A stretch of 64,000 nt of DNA from Ignavibacteriales bacterium (GTDB taxonomy: Bacteria > Bacteroidota > Ignavibacteria > T3Sed10-11), in assembly GCA_003567775.1 (NCBI GenBank), contig PWYR01000014.1:2136-66135 (forward strand), in the 5' to 3' direction. Under the pieces are notes generated by a model, which did not search any database, had not been told where the DNA came from, and worked only from the letters and a program-made list of their open reading frames with translations. The position numbers and the translations under genes are program-made. This document shows positions 1 through 9,870 of this stretch, in pieces (position 1 is the stretch's first letter; each line of letters opens with the position of its first letter).

Positions 1-1104
1 TTTCCGGTTTATAGTGTAGGAATCGTTACGTCAAGAGATCAGTTTGTAATTTGTTTTGATGAGAGCGAGATTAAAAATAGAATCCGGCAATTTCAAAATA
101 CCTCTCAACCCGATGAAATTATTAAACAGACATTCGCCCTCAAAGATAAATCCAACTGGAATATAAAGGAGGCGCGCAATAGAGTCAAAGATATAGAATC
201 GGTAAATAAATATATCCATAAGATATTATATCGCCCGTTCGATTTACGGAATATCTTGTATCATGAATCACTGATTGAGCGAATGCGGTACGACGTGATG
301 CGTCATATGATTGATGATAATTATGGGTTGTTAACTCATAAAAGAGAAGAGTTAAGCATACCATGGAGTCATGCACTAATCACTTCAGATTTATCCGAAC
401 ACGGGGTATTGTCTTCAAAAACTACCAATTATCATTTTCCTCTCTATCTTTATAAACACTCAAATAATAATGGAAACGATCAAAACAATAATCCCGCTGT
501 AATGATGCTGTTTGAACCGAAGATAGAATATCAAAAACGCACACCAAATATAGAATTAGAAATATTAAACAAACTCTATTCAACATATAAGAAAGAACCG
601 ACGCCGGAAGAGATATTATTTTATATATACGGCATTTTCTACAGCAACATCTTCCGGACAAAATACGCCGAATTTCTAAAAATAGATTTTCCACGTGTAC
701 CGTTTACCGCAGATTACAAGATTTTTAAAAAATTAGGTAAGCTCGGTAATGAGTTGACTGAATTTCATCTCCTAAAAAGAAAATTACTCGATCAGCCCAT
801 TGCAAAGTATCAGGGCGCCGGTAAAAACGACCGGATAGAGAAAATTACTTATAATGAAAAAGAAAAACGTGTATATATCAATAAAGAAAAATATTTTGAA
901 GGAATATCACCGGTTATCTGGAACTATCAAATCGGGGGCTATCAGGTGCTCAATAAATACCTGAAAGACCGTAAAGGGAGAATAATGGACGATCCTCCGC
1001 ATTATTGCCGTATTGTCACAGCTTTGAGTAAAACGATGTATATTCAGAAAAAAATAGACGAGGTATATCCGGAGGTTGAGAAGAATGTGATTGAGATGGA
1101 GTGA
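1..1104 (+). CDS. C-terminal part of a type IIG/ISP restriction-modification enzyme or PglX-like N6-adenine methyltransferase (specificity/C-terminal region); 5' end lies off-window
   Basis: Frame 1 is open from nt 1 with no stop until 1104, so the ATG at 256 is not the true start. Motifs ILYRPFD, FPRVPF and WNYQIGGYQVLNKYLKDRKGR recalled as characteristic of the conserved C-terminal region of type ISP / Eco57I-like / BREX PglX-like enzymes. AT-rich, with a poly-Asn low-complexity insert. Confidence 0.5.
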   Translation, partial: FPVYSVGIVTSRDQFVICFDESEIKNRIRQFQNTSQPDEIIKQTFALKDKSNWNIKEARNRVKDIESVNKYIHKILYRPFDLRNILYHESLIERMRYDVMRHMIDDNYGLLTHKREELSIPWSHALITSDLSEHGVLSSKTTNYHFPLYLYKHSNNNGNDQNNNPAVMMLFEPKIEYQKRTPNIELEILNKLYSTYKKEPTPEEILFYIYGIFYSNIFRTKYAEFLKIDFPRVPFTADYKIFKKLGKLGNELTEFHLLKRKLLDQPIAKYQGAGKNDRIEKITYNEKEKRVYINKEKYFEGISPVIWNYQIGGYQVLNKYLKDRKGRIMDDPPHYCRIVTALSKTMYIQKKIDEVYPEVEKNVIEME

Positions 1105-1325
1105 GACCGTCCCGCGAGCAAAACGTCGGTGTGTACATCTACCGCTTGCAGGCAGGTGACTCTGTGGAGAGTAGAAATAATATTTTTCTTTTCGATATTC
1201 CATTTCCACGACATATTTGCATATATATAAATAACGTAATTAAGGAAATGATAGATTTAGGATATAAATCAGCTTTTATTCCAGGATGGAAAAAATCTTT
1301 CTTAAATACCTTGGGGGCAACAACA

Positions 1326-1730
1326 ATGAAAACTATCACTTTTCTAATCACTACAATTTTAATAGGTATTTTTTCGGCGAGTGCATCTGCTCAAACTTTA
1401 GATATGCCCGAGTATACCATTGATCAGCGCTGGGAACAAGCTGCACAGCTTTACTTAGTGTCCAGTATATTGTATATCCGTCTAGAGATGGAAACCGGGA
1501 AGTCAGCCGAAGAAATCGGGCTAACAATTGCAACTATTCTTGGTCCCAGCTGGTCCAATGTTACCAGTCCGGCCATAATGGCACAAGCGCTGCACCGAAT
1601 CTGGTTAGTATGGCCGGAAGCTGAATTTACAGTTGAAGAAGATCCGGATGGAAGCGTCACTATCCGGGCTAACCGTCCCTATCAGCACATATTTGGAGAA
1701 TCCGGTATACTGTTTGACGTTTCGGTATAA
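1326..1730 (+). CDS. hypothetical secreted protein
   Basis: Internal Met at 1326 begins a typical signal peptide (MKTITFLITTILIGIFSASASAQ). The upstream part of ORF 1101..1730 overlaps the RM gene and does not look coding. No recognisable family. Confidence 0.4.
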   Translation: MKTITFLITTILIGIFSASASAQTLDMPEYTIDQRWEQAAQLYLVSSILYIRLEMETGKSAEEIGLTIATILGPSWSNVTSPAIMAQALHRIWLVWPEAEFTVEEDPDGSVTIRANRPYQHIFGESGILFDVSV

Positions 1731-1889
1731 GATGTGGAAACCGTGTGGCACGTTTTCCGTAAAACCATTGCCCAACAACAAGGCATGGAATTTAATCAAG
1801 TCGAAGACAACGGATGGTTTATTATCAAGATCAGAAGTAAGTAAGATCAACTATCCTTAGGAGATTGCTTCCATTGTGGAATATTTATT

Positions 1890-2126
1890 TTAACGCCACT
1901 CTCGTCCAATTCCGCTCTTCAACCACTTCTCGTGTTTCATTGCCTCGGCTCGTGTTGCGAATTCCTTTGAGTAGATGATCTCCCACTCAGTCCCTTTCCT
2001 GGTATACTGTGTAGTTTTCAGGTGATGTCTTAATAAACGTATATCAAGATCCTTTGTATGCCCTGTATAATGGTAGGCTTCCTTGCTTTGTAAAACATAA
2101 GCGTAATATGGCATTTCTCGCTCCAA
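1890..2126 (-). CDS. GIY-YIG nuclease family protein (YhbQ-like)
   Basis: 78 aa. N-terminus YYAYVLQSKEAYHYTGHTKDLDIRLLRHH matches the GIY-YIG motif pair (YVL...YTG). Size is typical of stand-alone GIY-YIG proteins. Confidence 0.7.
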   Translation of the reverse strand: MEREMPYYAYVLQSKEAYHYTGHTKDLDIRLLRHHLKTTQYTRKGTEWEIIYSKEFATRAEAMKHEKWLKSGIGREWR

Positions 2127-2163
2127 AAAAAATGCCCCTGGAAGTTATCCAGGGGCATTGTTT

Positions 2164-2238
<75 letters not shown>

Positions 2239-2348
2239 ATGTTTACAGTCTATCAATATAATAGAATTCAAACTGAATGTCAAATTAACATTGAATTTAA
2301 CATATAATTTCGGATATTTTTATTTTGCGAAACTTTAGTTATTTCATC

Positions 2349-3467
2349 TCACTCAAACTCAGACGCCCCCTTTACCACTGTTTTCGCCGGAATAACAGTC
2401 ATCCCCTCGAGTCGTTGAGGATTGTGTTCTCTGTCGTTTGTTATATCGCGGATGTAGATTTCTTTTATTTGTCCGGGAAATGTGCCGGCAATTTCACGGA
2501 ATATTTCGGGATCGTACTGACCGGTATCGCCGATGAGGATGAATTTACGGTCGGGAAAGTGGTGAATGATTTTATAGATCTGTTCGAGTTTGTGATTATA
2601 GGTTATATTTTCTGCAGTGATAATATCCTCGAGATCGTTCCATGTAGTGTGACTGAAAAGGTTTTTTCTTACGTCTCTCAAATGAAATGTCCCCTGAGGG
2701 AAACCGATTGTATCGCTGAGTAAAAATTCGGACAACGGTCTATAAAATTGTTTCGGTGTGCCGGATACATAGTGTACCGGTTTGTCTTTCCATTGACTGA
2801 ATAGTTTCGCCATGCCCGGCGCCGCGGCATATTTTTTATAAAATGCATTCCGTATCGCAATCCGTGATCCCGCGGGCATCCCGCTGATTTTAATAGTGTC
2901 GTCAATGTCGGAAATGATTGAAATTCCCGAAGGATCGATCAGCCTGACTTTTCCCCGGCCCGTATGTTCATCCGAAACAGCGGTAAATGTCAGCCAGTTG
3001 TTTTCGGGATTTTGCGCGTTGAGTAATTCGGCAGCCCGCTCGACTGAAATCCGAATCTCTTCTTCGATGATTCCGTTTAAATCACTCCGCACCGGTTTAC
3101 CATCCGCGTCGCGGATGGTGAAGATTTCGTTGCGCGGGTCCCGGTCGAAGACGAATTCGACAATCTCACGGGACTCACTGTCTGCGGCAAACGATCTAAT
3201 TCTTGAACGGAATATATTTTTTTCGTCGGGTGTAAAATCCCGGAACTGTTGAAATACGCCGAGAATGATACGCTCAAGATATTCGCGGTATTCATAGACG
3301 TACAGCTTTAACGGAATGACCCAGGTATCGCCGTCTCTGTATCCGTACGCGGGATAGAATTCTACAATTTCCTCGTCGGAGAAGAGACTGTGAATTCTGT
3401 TTGTTTCACCGTTTGCTATGAGATGATCATGCGCAGGCAGCAGCGCCATTAAAATGTATATAATCAT
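2349..3467 (-). CDS. App1-like phosphatidate phosphatase family protein (DUF2183, HAD-like)
   Basis: 372 aa. HAD-like motifs SDIDDTIK (DxDxT) and LIGDTGQYDPEIF (GDxxxD) in the arrangement recalled for the DUF2183/App1 family. Confidence 0.55.
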   Translation of the reverse strand: MIIYILMALLPAHDHLIANGETNRIHSLFSDEEIVEFYPAYGYRDGDTWVIPLKLYVYEYREYLERIILGVFQQFRDFTPDEKNIFRSRIRSFAADSESREIVEFVFDRDPRNEIFTIRDADGKPVRSDLNGIIEEEIRISVERAAELLNAQNPENNWLTFTAVSDEHTGRGKVRLIDPSGISIISDIDDTIKISGMPAGSRIAIRNAFYKKYAAAPGMAKLFSQWKDKPVHYVSGTPKQFYRPLSEFLLSDTIGFPQGTFHLRDVRKNLFSHTTWNDLEDIITAENITYNHKLEQIYKIIHHFPDRKFILIGDTGQYDPEIFREIAGTFPGQIKEIYIRDITNDREHNPQRLEGMTVIPAKTVVKGASEFE

Positions 3468-3496
3468 TTTGCCATATAATTATTTTGTCGTACAAT

Positions 3497-4534
3497 TCAC
3501 CCCTGCGTAATCCCGGGCCATTGATCAATCGGATCGGTTGATTTGACTATATGCATCCCCGCGTCGGCGAAACGTTTGAATGCTTCGTTTGCCTGATCGG
3601 TGTAGTCGATAACCCCGGGAATTACCACCGAAGAGGTGCAATCTTCGAGCAGATACACTTTTCTTGCAAGCGATTCGTCCTCGGTTCCGATGAACGAGAG
3701 AAGATCATCGATAGTCCAGGCGACGCAGTGGCTCTTTGCTTCGCCGGCTATGATTACGGCATCGAAATTTTTCAACTTATCGATAAATGTGTAGTTTTTT
3801 TGAGCGATCTCTTTGCCGGTGGGGTCTGTCAGGATTTCGGGACCCAAAGCAGAGTAATGCTCGGTGAACGGATTTTTTCCCTTCGTTACAAAGTCGGGCT
3901 GGCTATAGCGGGCAATCGAATGAAAAAATATTGCCTCCTCGACGGATGATACCAATGCGTGCCCGATGCCGCCTAACATTGCGTGGTACGGCCATACGGT
4001 GAGATCGTATTTTTTTCGTTTCGTCAGTTCGCCGGTGTAATGTAAAAGATGTTGCTGTCCGTATTTCTTATCTATCCGGAGGTTCTCCGAAATGTCGGGA
4101 TTGAATTTCCATTTCCCTTCGCGGACATCTTTTTCCGTTATAAGCGTGAACTGATCGGGATGCTCACCTTCATCGTTCATCAAAAATATGGAGTGAAAAA
4201 TTTGAATTGCCTGATGGGTGTCCATGGTAGGTGATATGTGTGTGATGCGATTTATATTCTTGTAAATAAATTCGCATAATCGCTTGCAATCGTCGATGGC
4301 GCCGGTTCCCGACCGTCCTCCCACGTATAGCTCAAATTCCGGTGTACAGAAGGTATTCTGAACATCGATGGCGATTAAGCAAATTTTATATGTATCATGT
4401 GCAGCGGGTGAAATCGAATGTTCATGTGCAAATGTTCGCGCCTCGCGCGCCCGCTCTTCGTATGCAACTTTCCATACTTTTCCGACCATTGCAGGGTCGA
4501 AATGATGCGGATGAGGTAATTCTTTATTATTCAT
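3497..4534 (-). CDS. isochorismatase-family cysteine hydrolase (nicotinamidase-like) with N-terminal extension
   Basis: 345 aa. ICLIAIDVQNTFC followed by a conserved Cys (AKSHCVAWTIDD), typical of the isochorismatase/cysteine-hydrolase fold. Longer than canonical members. Confidence 0.6.
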   Translation of the reverse strand: MNNKELPHPHHFDPAMVGKVWKVAYEERAREARTFAHEHSISPAAHDTYKICLIAIDVQNTFCTPEFELYVGGRSGTGAIDDCKRLCEFIYKNINRITHISPTMDTHQAIQIFHSIFLMNDEGEHPDQFTLITEKDVREGKWKFNPDISENLRIDKKYGQQHLLHYTGELTKRKKYDLTVWPYHAMLGGIGHALVSSVEEAIFFHSIARYSQPDFVTKGKNPFTEHYSALGPEILTDPTGKEIAQKNYTFIDKLKNFDAVIIAGEAKSHCVAWTIDDLLSFIGTEDESLARKVYLLEDCTSSVVIPGVIDYTDQANEAFKRFADAGMHIVKSTDPIDQWPGITQG

Positions 4535-4678
4535 ATTCCGTAATCTGTTTATAAATGAAACTTTTTGATATTCATATAAATTAATGTATTATAATTCAAA
4601 TTTCAAACGGGTATCTGGAATCAATTCTAAAATTAGTGTATATTGAACATCATTGTACAACAATCATTGAGGTAAAAA

Positions 4679-5374
4679 ATGGATATTGTTGATCTTGTCC
4701 GCACCACATTGTCATATCTTTTGATCACAATTGCGGGTATCTTTGTGATTGTAAATCCTCTCACTACTGCTTTTGCATTTATGTCATTATTGCCACGCGC
4801 TTCGGAACAACGGAGAAAGATGATAGCAAAACGGGCGACAAAGATTTCCACGGGGTTGTTCTTCATCTTCGCATTGCTCGGCAGCGTGATCTTTCAATTA
4901 TTCGGGATTACACTTGCTGCGTTTCGCATAGCGGGAGGTCTCATATTATTCGGCATTGCAATGGGGATGATTCGCAAAAGGAACGGCGAATCCGAGGAAA
5001 GAGCAAAACCGGAAGGAGAGATCGCCGACGATATTTCGGTTATACCGCTTGCCATTCCGTTCATCAGCGGACCGGGTTCGATTGCAACCGTCATGATATT
5101 AACCAGCGAAGCGCCGTCGTTGTATCATACGGGGCTTGTGTTTTTAGCGATACTTGTTACCACAATAAGTTGTTACTACTCAATGATCTATTCAAAGGTA
5201 ATTGTGCGGTATCTCGGTGATACGGGAAAGCAAATTCTTACAAAAGTATTCGGCCTGATACTTGCCGTCATCTCCGTTCAGTTCGTTATTAACGGTATTG
5301 CCAATGCGTTTGTCGATTTCGGCATCTTTGAAATTCCCGGAATTGAACCGGGAGTAGAATTCGAAACGGATTAA
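4679..5374 (+). CDS. marC: MarC family (UPF0056) integral membrane protein
   Basis: 231 aa, polytopic. NPL motif in first TM (VIVNPLTTAFAFMSL) and FRIAGGLILFGIAMGMI, as recalled for the MarC family. Confidence 0.6.
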   Translation: MDIVDLVRTTLSYLLITIAGIFVIVNPLTTAFAFMSLLPRASEQRRKMIAKRATKISTGLFFIFALLGSVIFQLFGITLAAFRIAGGLILFGIAMGMIRKRNGESEERAKPEGEIADDISVIPLAIPFISGPGSIATVMILTSEAPSLYHTGLVFLAILVTTISCYYSMIYSKVIVRYLGDTGKQILTKVFGLILAVISVQFVINGIANAFVDFGIFEIPGIEPGVEFETD

Positions 5375-5463
5375 TATAAGTTCCGGTATTTTAAATATTT
5401 GACAAAACGTCGATCTTTTAATATCTTCTTGAAGATTTTTATATATAAAAAAAATTATACTTC

Positions 5464-5835
5464 ATGCCCGAATTAAATATTATTCGCATAAAGAATGCAG
5501 TTTTTTACGCCTATCATGGGGCATTTCAAGATGAACAAAATCTCGGCGGCAGATTTGAGGTCGATATCGATATGTATTGCGATTTTAAAACTGCCGCTTA
5601 TGAAGATAACCTCGAACGTACCGTAGACTACGAGAAAGTATACGCCGTAATGAAGGAGCTTGTAGAAGGAAAAAAATATTTCCTAATAGAGGCGCTGGGG
5701 TATAGAATTGCGGATGGTATTCTGGACAATTTCGATATGATTCGCCGGGTAGATGTACGGGTGAGGAAGAACAGTCCGCCCGTGCGTGGTGTAATCGATT
5801 CGGTCGAAATAGAGGTGTGTCGTGAAAAGAGCTAA
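5464..5835 (+). CDS. folB: dihydroneopterin aldolase
   Basis: 123 aa. IRIKNAVFYAYHGAFQDEQNLGGRFEVDIDM matches the FolB signature region. Directly precedes folK. Confidence 0.8.
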   Translation: MPELNIIRIKNAVFYAYHGAFQDEQNLGGRFEVDIDMYCDFKTAAYEDNLERTVDYEKVYAVMKELVEGKKYFLIEALGYRIADGILDNFDMIRRVDVRVRKNSPPVRGVIDSVEIEVCREKS

Positions 5836-6337
5836 GGCGACGCCTGAACGGAAACATATTGTTTATATCGGTCTGGGATCAAACCTCGGAGATCGTCAAA
5901 TATTTATTGCATACGGCATAAAACGTTTAAGCCGTATGGAGAAAACCGTGATCAGAAAATTATCGGGTTTGTATGCAACCGAACCGGTTGCCGTACCGGA
6001 TCGTACACCTTTTTTAAATATGGTGATTCAGGTAGATACAAAGATCGATGTTTATTCTTTCCTGAATAATCTTCAACACATAGAAAAAGATGCCGGGCGT
6101 ATAAAAATAAAGAGGAATAAATCCCGTGTGCTGGATATGGATATTTTGTTTTATGATAACGATATTATAAACAAGCGTAATTTGATTGTTCCGCATCCGG
6201 AAGTTCATAAAAGAAGATTTATGCTTCAGCCGCTCGCAGATATTGCAAGCGATCTGGTTCATCCTGTAAAGAAAAAAACGATACAAGAACTGCTGGTTAC
6301 ATGTCCGGAAAAACACTGGGTAAATAGGTTGCAGTAA
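5822..6337 (+). CDS. folK: 2-amino-4-hydroxy-6-hydroxymethyldihydropteridine pyrophosphokinase (HPPK)
   Basis: 171 aa, GTG start overlapping folB by 14 nt. IGLGSNLGDR motif and the PHPEVHKRRFMLQPL (FVL.PL) C-terminal signature. Confidence 0.85.
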   Translation: MKRAKATPERKHIVYIGLGSNLGDRQIFIAYGIKRLSRMEKTVIRKLSGLYATEPVAVPDRTPFLNMVIQVDTKIDVYSFLNNLQHIEKDAGRIKIKRNKSRVLDMDILFYDNDIINKRNLIVPHPEVHKRRFMLQPLADIASDLVHPVKKKTIQELLVTCPEKHWVNRLQ

Positions 6338-6362
6338 CATTCGTCATTATTTAATCATCAAA

Positions 6363-7094
6363 GTGCAGGAATTTCCATTGTCTGAAAGACGGCAAAAAAA
6401 TACACAGAATCAACAAACTCATCGGTTTGGAGGAGATATACGGTATATTGCAATTGAAGGAGTCATCGGAGTCGGCAAGACCAGTCTTGCAACGATGCTC
6501 GGCGATTATTTCGGTGCGCGGGTGGTACTCGAACGGTTCGAGGAAAATGCGTTTCTTGAACGATTTTATGAAGATCCGGAACATTACGCTTTTCAAACCC
6601 AGATGTCGTTCTTGTTGAGCAGGTATAGGCAACAGCAAGAACTTTTTCAGGCGGATCTTTTCCATAATGTTCTGATTACCGATTATATCTTTGAAAAAGA
6701 CAAAATCTTTGCCTACCTTAATTTACAGGATGACGAACTCAAGTTGTATGAGACTGTTGTCAACGCCATCGAAAAAAATATTCTGACACCCGATCTTGTA
6801 ATTTACTTGCAATCGAGCGCCGAACGGTTGTTGGAGAATATCAGGCGGCGCGGGAGATCGTATGAAAAACATATCACCGCTGAATACCTGAAAGATTTAA
6901 ACGAGGCGTACAATTATTTCTTTTTCCGATACCGCCAGGCGCCGCTGTTAATTGTGAATGCGACGGAGATCGACTTTGTTAACCGGACAGATGATTTTCA
7001 GGAATTACTCAAAGAAATTACACGCGAAAATCGGTCGCCGGTCGAATACTATAATCCTTTAAAAAAGAGGGGAACGCAAAAGGAGGCAAAATAG
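6363..7094 (+). CDS. deoxynucleoside kinase family protein
   Basis: P-loop IAIEGVIGVGKTS followed by ERFEENAFLERFYEDP, as in dNK/dCK/dGK family proteins. The true start is uncertain (GTG at 6363 or TTG at 6378). Confidence 0.7.
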   Translation: MQEFPLSERRQKNTQNQQTHRFGGDIRYIAIEGVIGVGKTSLATMLGDYFGARVVLERFEENAFLERFYEDPEHYAFQTQMSFLLSRYRQQQELFQADLFHNVLITDYIFEKDKIFAYLNLQDDELKLYETVVNAIEKNILTPDLVIYLQSSAERLLENIRRRGRSYEKHITAEYLKDLNEAYNYFFFRYRQAPLLIVNATEIDFVNRTDDFQELLKEITRENRSPVEYYNPLKKRGTQKEAK

Positions 7095-7095
7095 C

Positions 7096-7317
7096 ATGCC
7101 GTTTTTAAGATATATCATTATCCTGTTGTTGCTCTATATACTGTATCGTTTGGTTAAGGCATCAATCCGCGGTTTTTTCATCAATCTAAAGACTCACCGC
7201 GACTACAATGACGGCGGTCGAAGCAACGTGCGCGGCGCAAAAAGAGCAGATCTCGATGATATTGAGGAAGCAAAATATGAGGAAATTAAGGACGATGCAA
7301 AGAGCCGGAAAGATTGA
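7096..7317 (+). CDS. small single-pass membrane protein (DUF4834-like), hypothetical
   Basis: 73 aa. N-terminal TM (IIILLLLYILYRLV) then a highly charged tail. Stop/start is adjacent to the upstream gene. Confidence 0.35.
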   Translation: MPFLRYIIILLLLYILYRLVKASIRGFFINLKTHRDYNDGGRSNVRGAKRADLDDIEEAKYEEIKDDAKSRKD

Positions 7318-7444
7318 AGGGGGATATCTAAAATAGCAAATTATTGCGAATAAATACGAACTTGCTTTTCACTTCTTCTTTGTTTAATTTTCCAACCGAA
7401 ATAGTTTTCATCTGTAGGATTCTTTAAATAACCAATTTGATAGT

Positions 7445-8446
7445 ATGACGAAGCAATTGCTGAAAGAAGTCAAGAAATACCAGGTGCTCGAGACCCGGAT
7501 ATGCGATCTCAATTTAAAGTTTTCCGGTCTTCTCCTGAAGCTTATGCGTAAAGTAGCCATCGAGCTGCGCAGCAAAGGGATCAGGTTTCGTCCGGAATAT
7601 TATTACGGAACGGGCTGGGGATGTGTTGAGGGGAGTATTTCGATTGAAATTCCGTTCTGGTTCGGTAATCAAACATTACGTGAAATCGAGGATGAGCTGA
7701 ACCTTGGCGGAGTGGAGAACGAAAACGAGATTTTAATGGGGCTTCGTCACGAAATAGGGCATGCGATACTTTATGCATATCGGATTTATCGCGATCGTGA
7801 ATGGGGGAGGTTGTTCGGGAATATGAAAAAAGTATATCGAGATTATTATGTTTATAATCCATGGAGTAAGCGGCATGTACGCCACCTCCCCGATCATTAT
7901 GCGCAAAAACATCCGGATGAAGATTGGGCGGAAACGTTTGCGGTATGGTTGAAACCACGGTCCAACTGGAAATCAATATATGCTAAAACACCGGCGAGAA
8001 GAAAATTAGAATACGTCGATACAATAATGAGCGAGATCGGCCATCTTGATCCGCGCAATACAAAGACCGATCGCGACGAACCGATTGAGAAAGTTCGTAT
8101 GACGGTGGCGGAATTTTATAAATTGAATTTAACGTCGCGGGTGAATAATGACGATTTATACGGGTATGTTGATGACATTAAGGCGATTTTTTACTATAAT
8201 GGTAGAAGAATAAATTCATACCGGGATGCGTGGAAATTTATCCATAAGTATGCACCCTTGATCGAAGATAAAGTGTGTCAGTGGGTCTACTACGCTGACA
8301 GAGATATATTGCGAAAACATCTTTCACAGATTGAAAGTATTTGCAGAACTTATAAATTAAAAATCCGCCCGGGCGACGAGGTGGAAAAAATGTCGGAGTT
8401 GATGACGCTTCTAACCTACAATATTGTGTATGATATTTATTCTTGA
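7445..8446 (+). CDS. hypothetical protein with HExxH zinc-metallopeptidase-like motif
   Basis: 333 aa. [14 protein letters not shown] (HExxH) with a downstream DEDWAETFA acidic motif as a possible third ligand. No secretion signal. Confidence 0.4.
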   Translation: MTKQLLKEVKKYQVLETRICDLNLKFSGLLLKLMRKVAIELRSKGIRFRPEYYYGTGWGCVEGSISIEIPFWFGNQTLREIEDELNLGGVENENEILMGLRHEIGHAILYAYRIYRDREWGRLFGNMKKVYRDYYVYNPWSKRHVRHLPDHYAQKHPDEDWAETFAVWLKPRSNWKSIYAKTPARRKLEYVDTIMSEIGHLDPRNTKTDRDEPIEKVRMTVAEFYKLNLTSRVNNDDLYGYVDDIKAIFYYNGRRINSYRDAWKFIHKYAPLIEDKVCQWVYYADRDILRKHLSQIESICRTYKLKIRPGDEVEKMSELMTLLTYNIVYDIYS

Positions 8447-8474
8447 GAAATCCACAAAATCAAACGAGAGGAAC

Positions 8475-9770
8475 ATGGGTAGAATTTATATAGAAGATCT
8501 TGACAAACATATAGGTAAAGAGGTAACAATACACGGATGGGTTTACAATAAACGTTCAAGCGGTAAGATAAAATTCATCATTGTGCGCGACGGCACCGGG
8601 TTATTGCAATGTATAATGGTGAAAGCAACATTACCTGAAGAGGTGTTCGAAACCTTCGGAAAGCTCACCCAGGAATCGTCGCTGAAGGTAACGGGTACGG
8701 TTAAAGAGGAACCTCGCGCGCCGGGCGGATTTGAGCTTGAGGTGAAGGATGTCGGCATCATCCACATAGCCCACGATTATCCGATAACACCGAAAGAGCA
8801 CGGCGTCGAATTCCTGATGGATCGCCGCCATTTATGGCTGCGTTCGACACGTCAGCATGCAATTATGCGGGTCAGACATCAAATTATTAAATCAATTCGT
8901 GAATATTTTGATTCGAACGGTTTTGTGCTGATCGATTCCCCGATATTAACGCCGAATGCGGTTGAAGGAACAACGACTTTGTTCGAAACGGAATATTTCG
9001 ATCTTGGGAAGGCGTTTCTTACTCAGAGCGGACAGCTTTATGGTGAAGCGGCGGCGATGGCACACGGAAAAATTTATTGCTTTGGTCCTACTTTCCGCGC
9101 AGAAAAATCCAAAACACGCAGGCACCTGACCGAGTTCTGGATGGTTGAACCGGAAGTCGCGTTTAACGACTTAAACGATAATATGGACCTTGCAGAGGAT
9201 TTTCTCGAATATATAGTTTCGTCAACGTTAAAACATAAATCGAACGAACTTGAAACTTTAGAGCGCGATACTACGTATTTAGAAAAAGTAAAGAAACCTC
9301 TGCCGCGCATAACGTATGATGAAGCAGTCGGTATTCTCAAAGATAAAGGAATTGATTTTGAATGGGGAGGAGATCTCGGCGGTACAGACGAAACGGTGAT
9401 ATCCGAACAATTTGATAAGCCGGTGATGGTGCATCGTTATCCCGCACAGGTAAAAGCATTTTATATGAAGCGGGATCCCGATAATGATAAGCTTGCGCTT
9501 GCACTTGATGTTCTTGCACCCGAAGGATACGGCGAAATCATAGGCGGCAGTCAACGTGAAGATGATTACGATACACTGGTCGAGCGCATCAAAGAGCATA
9601 ACCTGCCGATGGAACCATTTGAGTGGTACCTCGATCTGCGGAAATATGGAAGTGTTCCCCACGCGGGATTCGGGCTTGGCATCGAACGAACAGTTTCGTG
9701 GATCTGCGGACTCGATCACGTACGCGAGACGGCGCCGTTCGCGAGAATGATTTATCGGAATACCCCGTAG
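8475..9770 (+). CDS. asnS: asparagine--tRNA ligase
   Basis: 431 aa from ATG 8475 (SD GAGAGGAA). N-terminal OB-fold region, class II motifs ([12 protein letters not shown]), size and architecture typical of AsnRS rather than bacterial-type AspRS. Confidence 0.8.
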   Translation: MGRIYIEDLDKHIGKEVTIHGWVYNKRSSGKIKFIIVRDGTGLLQCIMVKATLPEEVFETFGKLTQESSLKVTGTVKEEPRAPGGFELEVKDVGIIHIAHDYPITPKEHGVEFLMDRRHLWLRSTRQHAIMRVRHQIIKSIREYFDSNGFVLIDSPILTPNAVEGTTTLFETEYFDLGKAFLTQSGQLYGEAAAMAHGKIYCFGPTFRAEKSKTRRHLTEFWMVEPEVAFNDLNDNMDLAEDFLEYIVSSTLKHKSNELETLERDTTYLEKVKKPLPRITYDEAVGILKDKGIDFEWGGDLGGTDETVISEQFDKPVMVHRYPAQVKAFYMKRDPDNDKLALALDVLAPEGYGEIIGGSQREDDYDTLVERIKEHNLPMEPFEWYLDLRKYGSVPHAGFGLGIERTVSWICGLDHVRETAPFARMIYRNTP

Positions 9771-9870
9771 TTTCGTGTTTTCTGTTTCGAGTTGAAAACT
9801 ATCGGTTAATCTACAAGAAATAAGAAACCGGAAACTGAAAACTGGAAACTCCAACATATTAGGATAGTAA

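Noticed and set aside
1101-1325. N-terminal 75 codons of ORF 1101..1730 (overlapping the RM gene stop)
   Set aside because: There is no RBS, and the region overlaps the upstream gene in another frame. A textbook signal peptide begins at the internal Met at 1326, so the real gene most likely starts there.
5399-5424. Precise sigma-70 -35/-10 assignment upstream of folB (TTGACA-14-TAATAT)
   Set aside because: The spacer is only 14 nt, too short for a canonical sigma-70 promoter. I kept only the shared 16-mer observation, not a promoter call.
6427-6618. 63-aa ORF in an alternative frame inside the deoxynucleoside kinase gene
   Set aside because: It overlaps the conserved P-loop region of the dNK in another frame and has no support.
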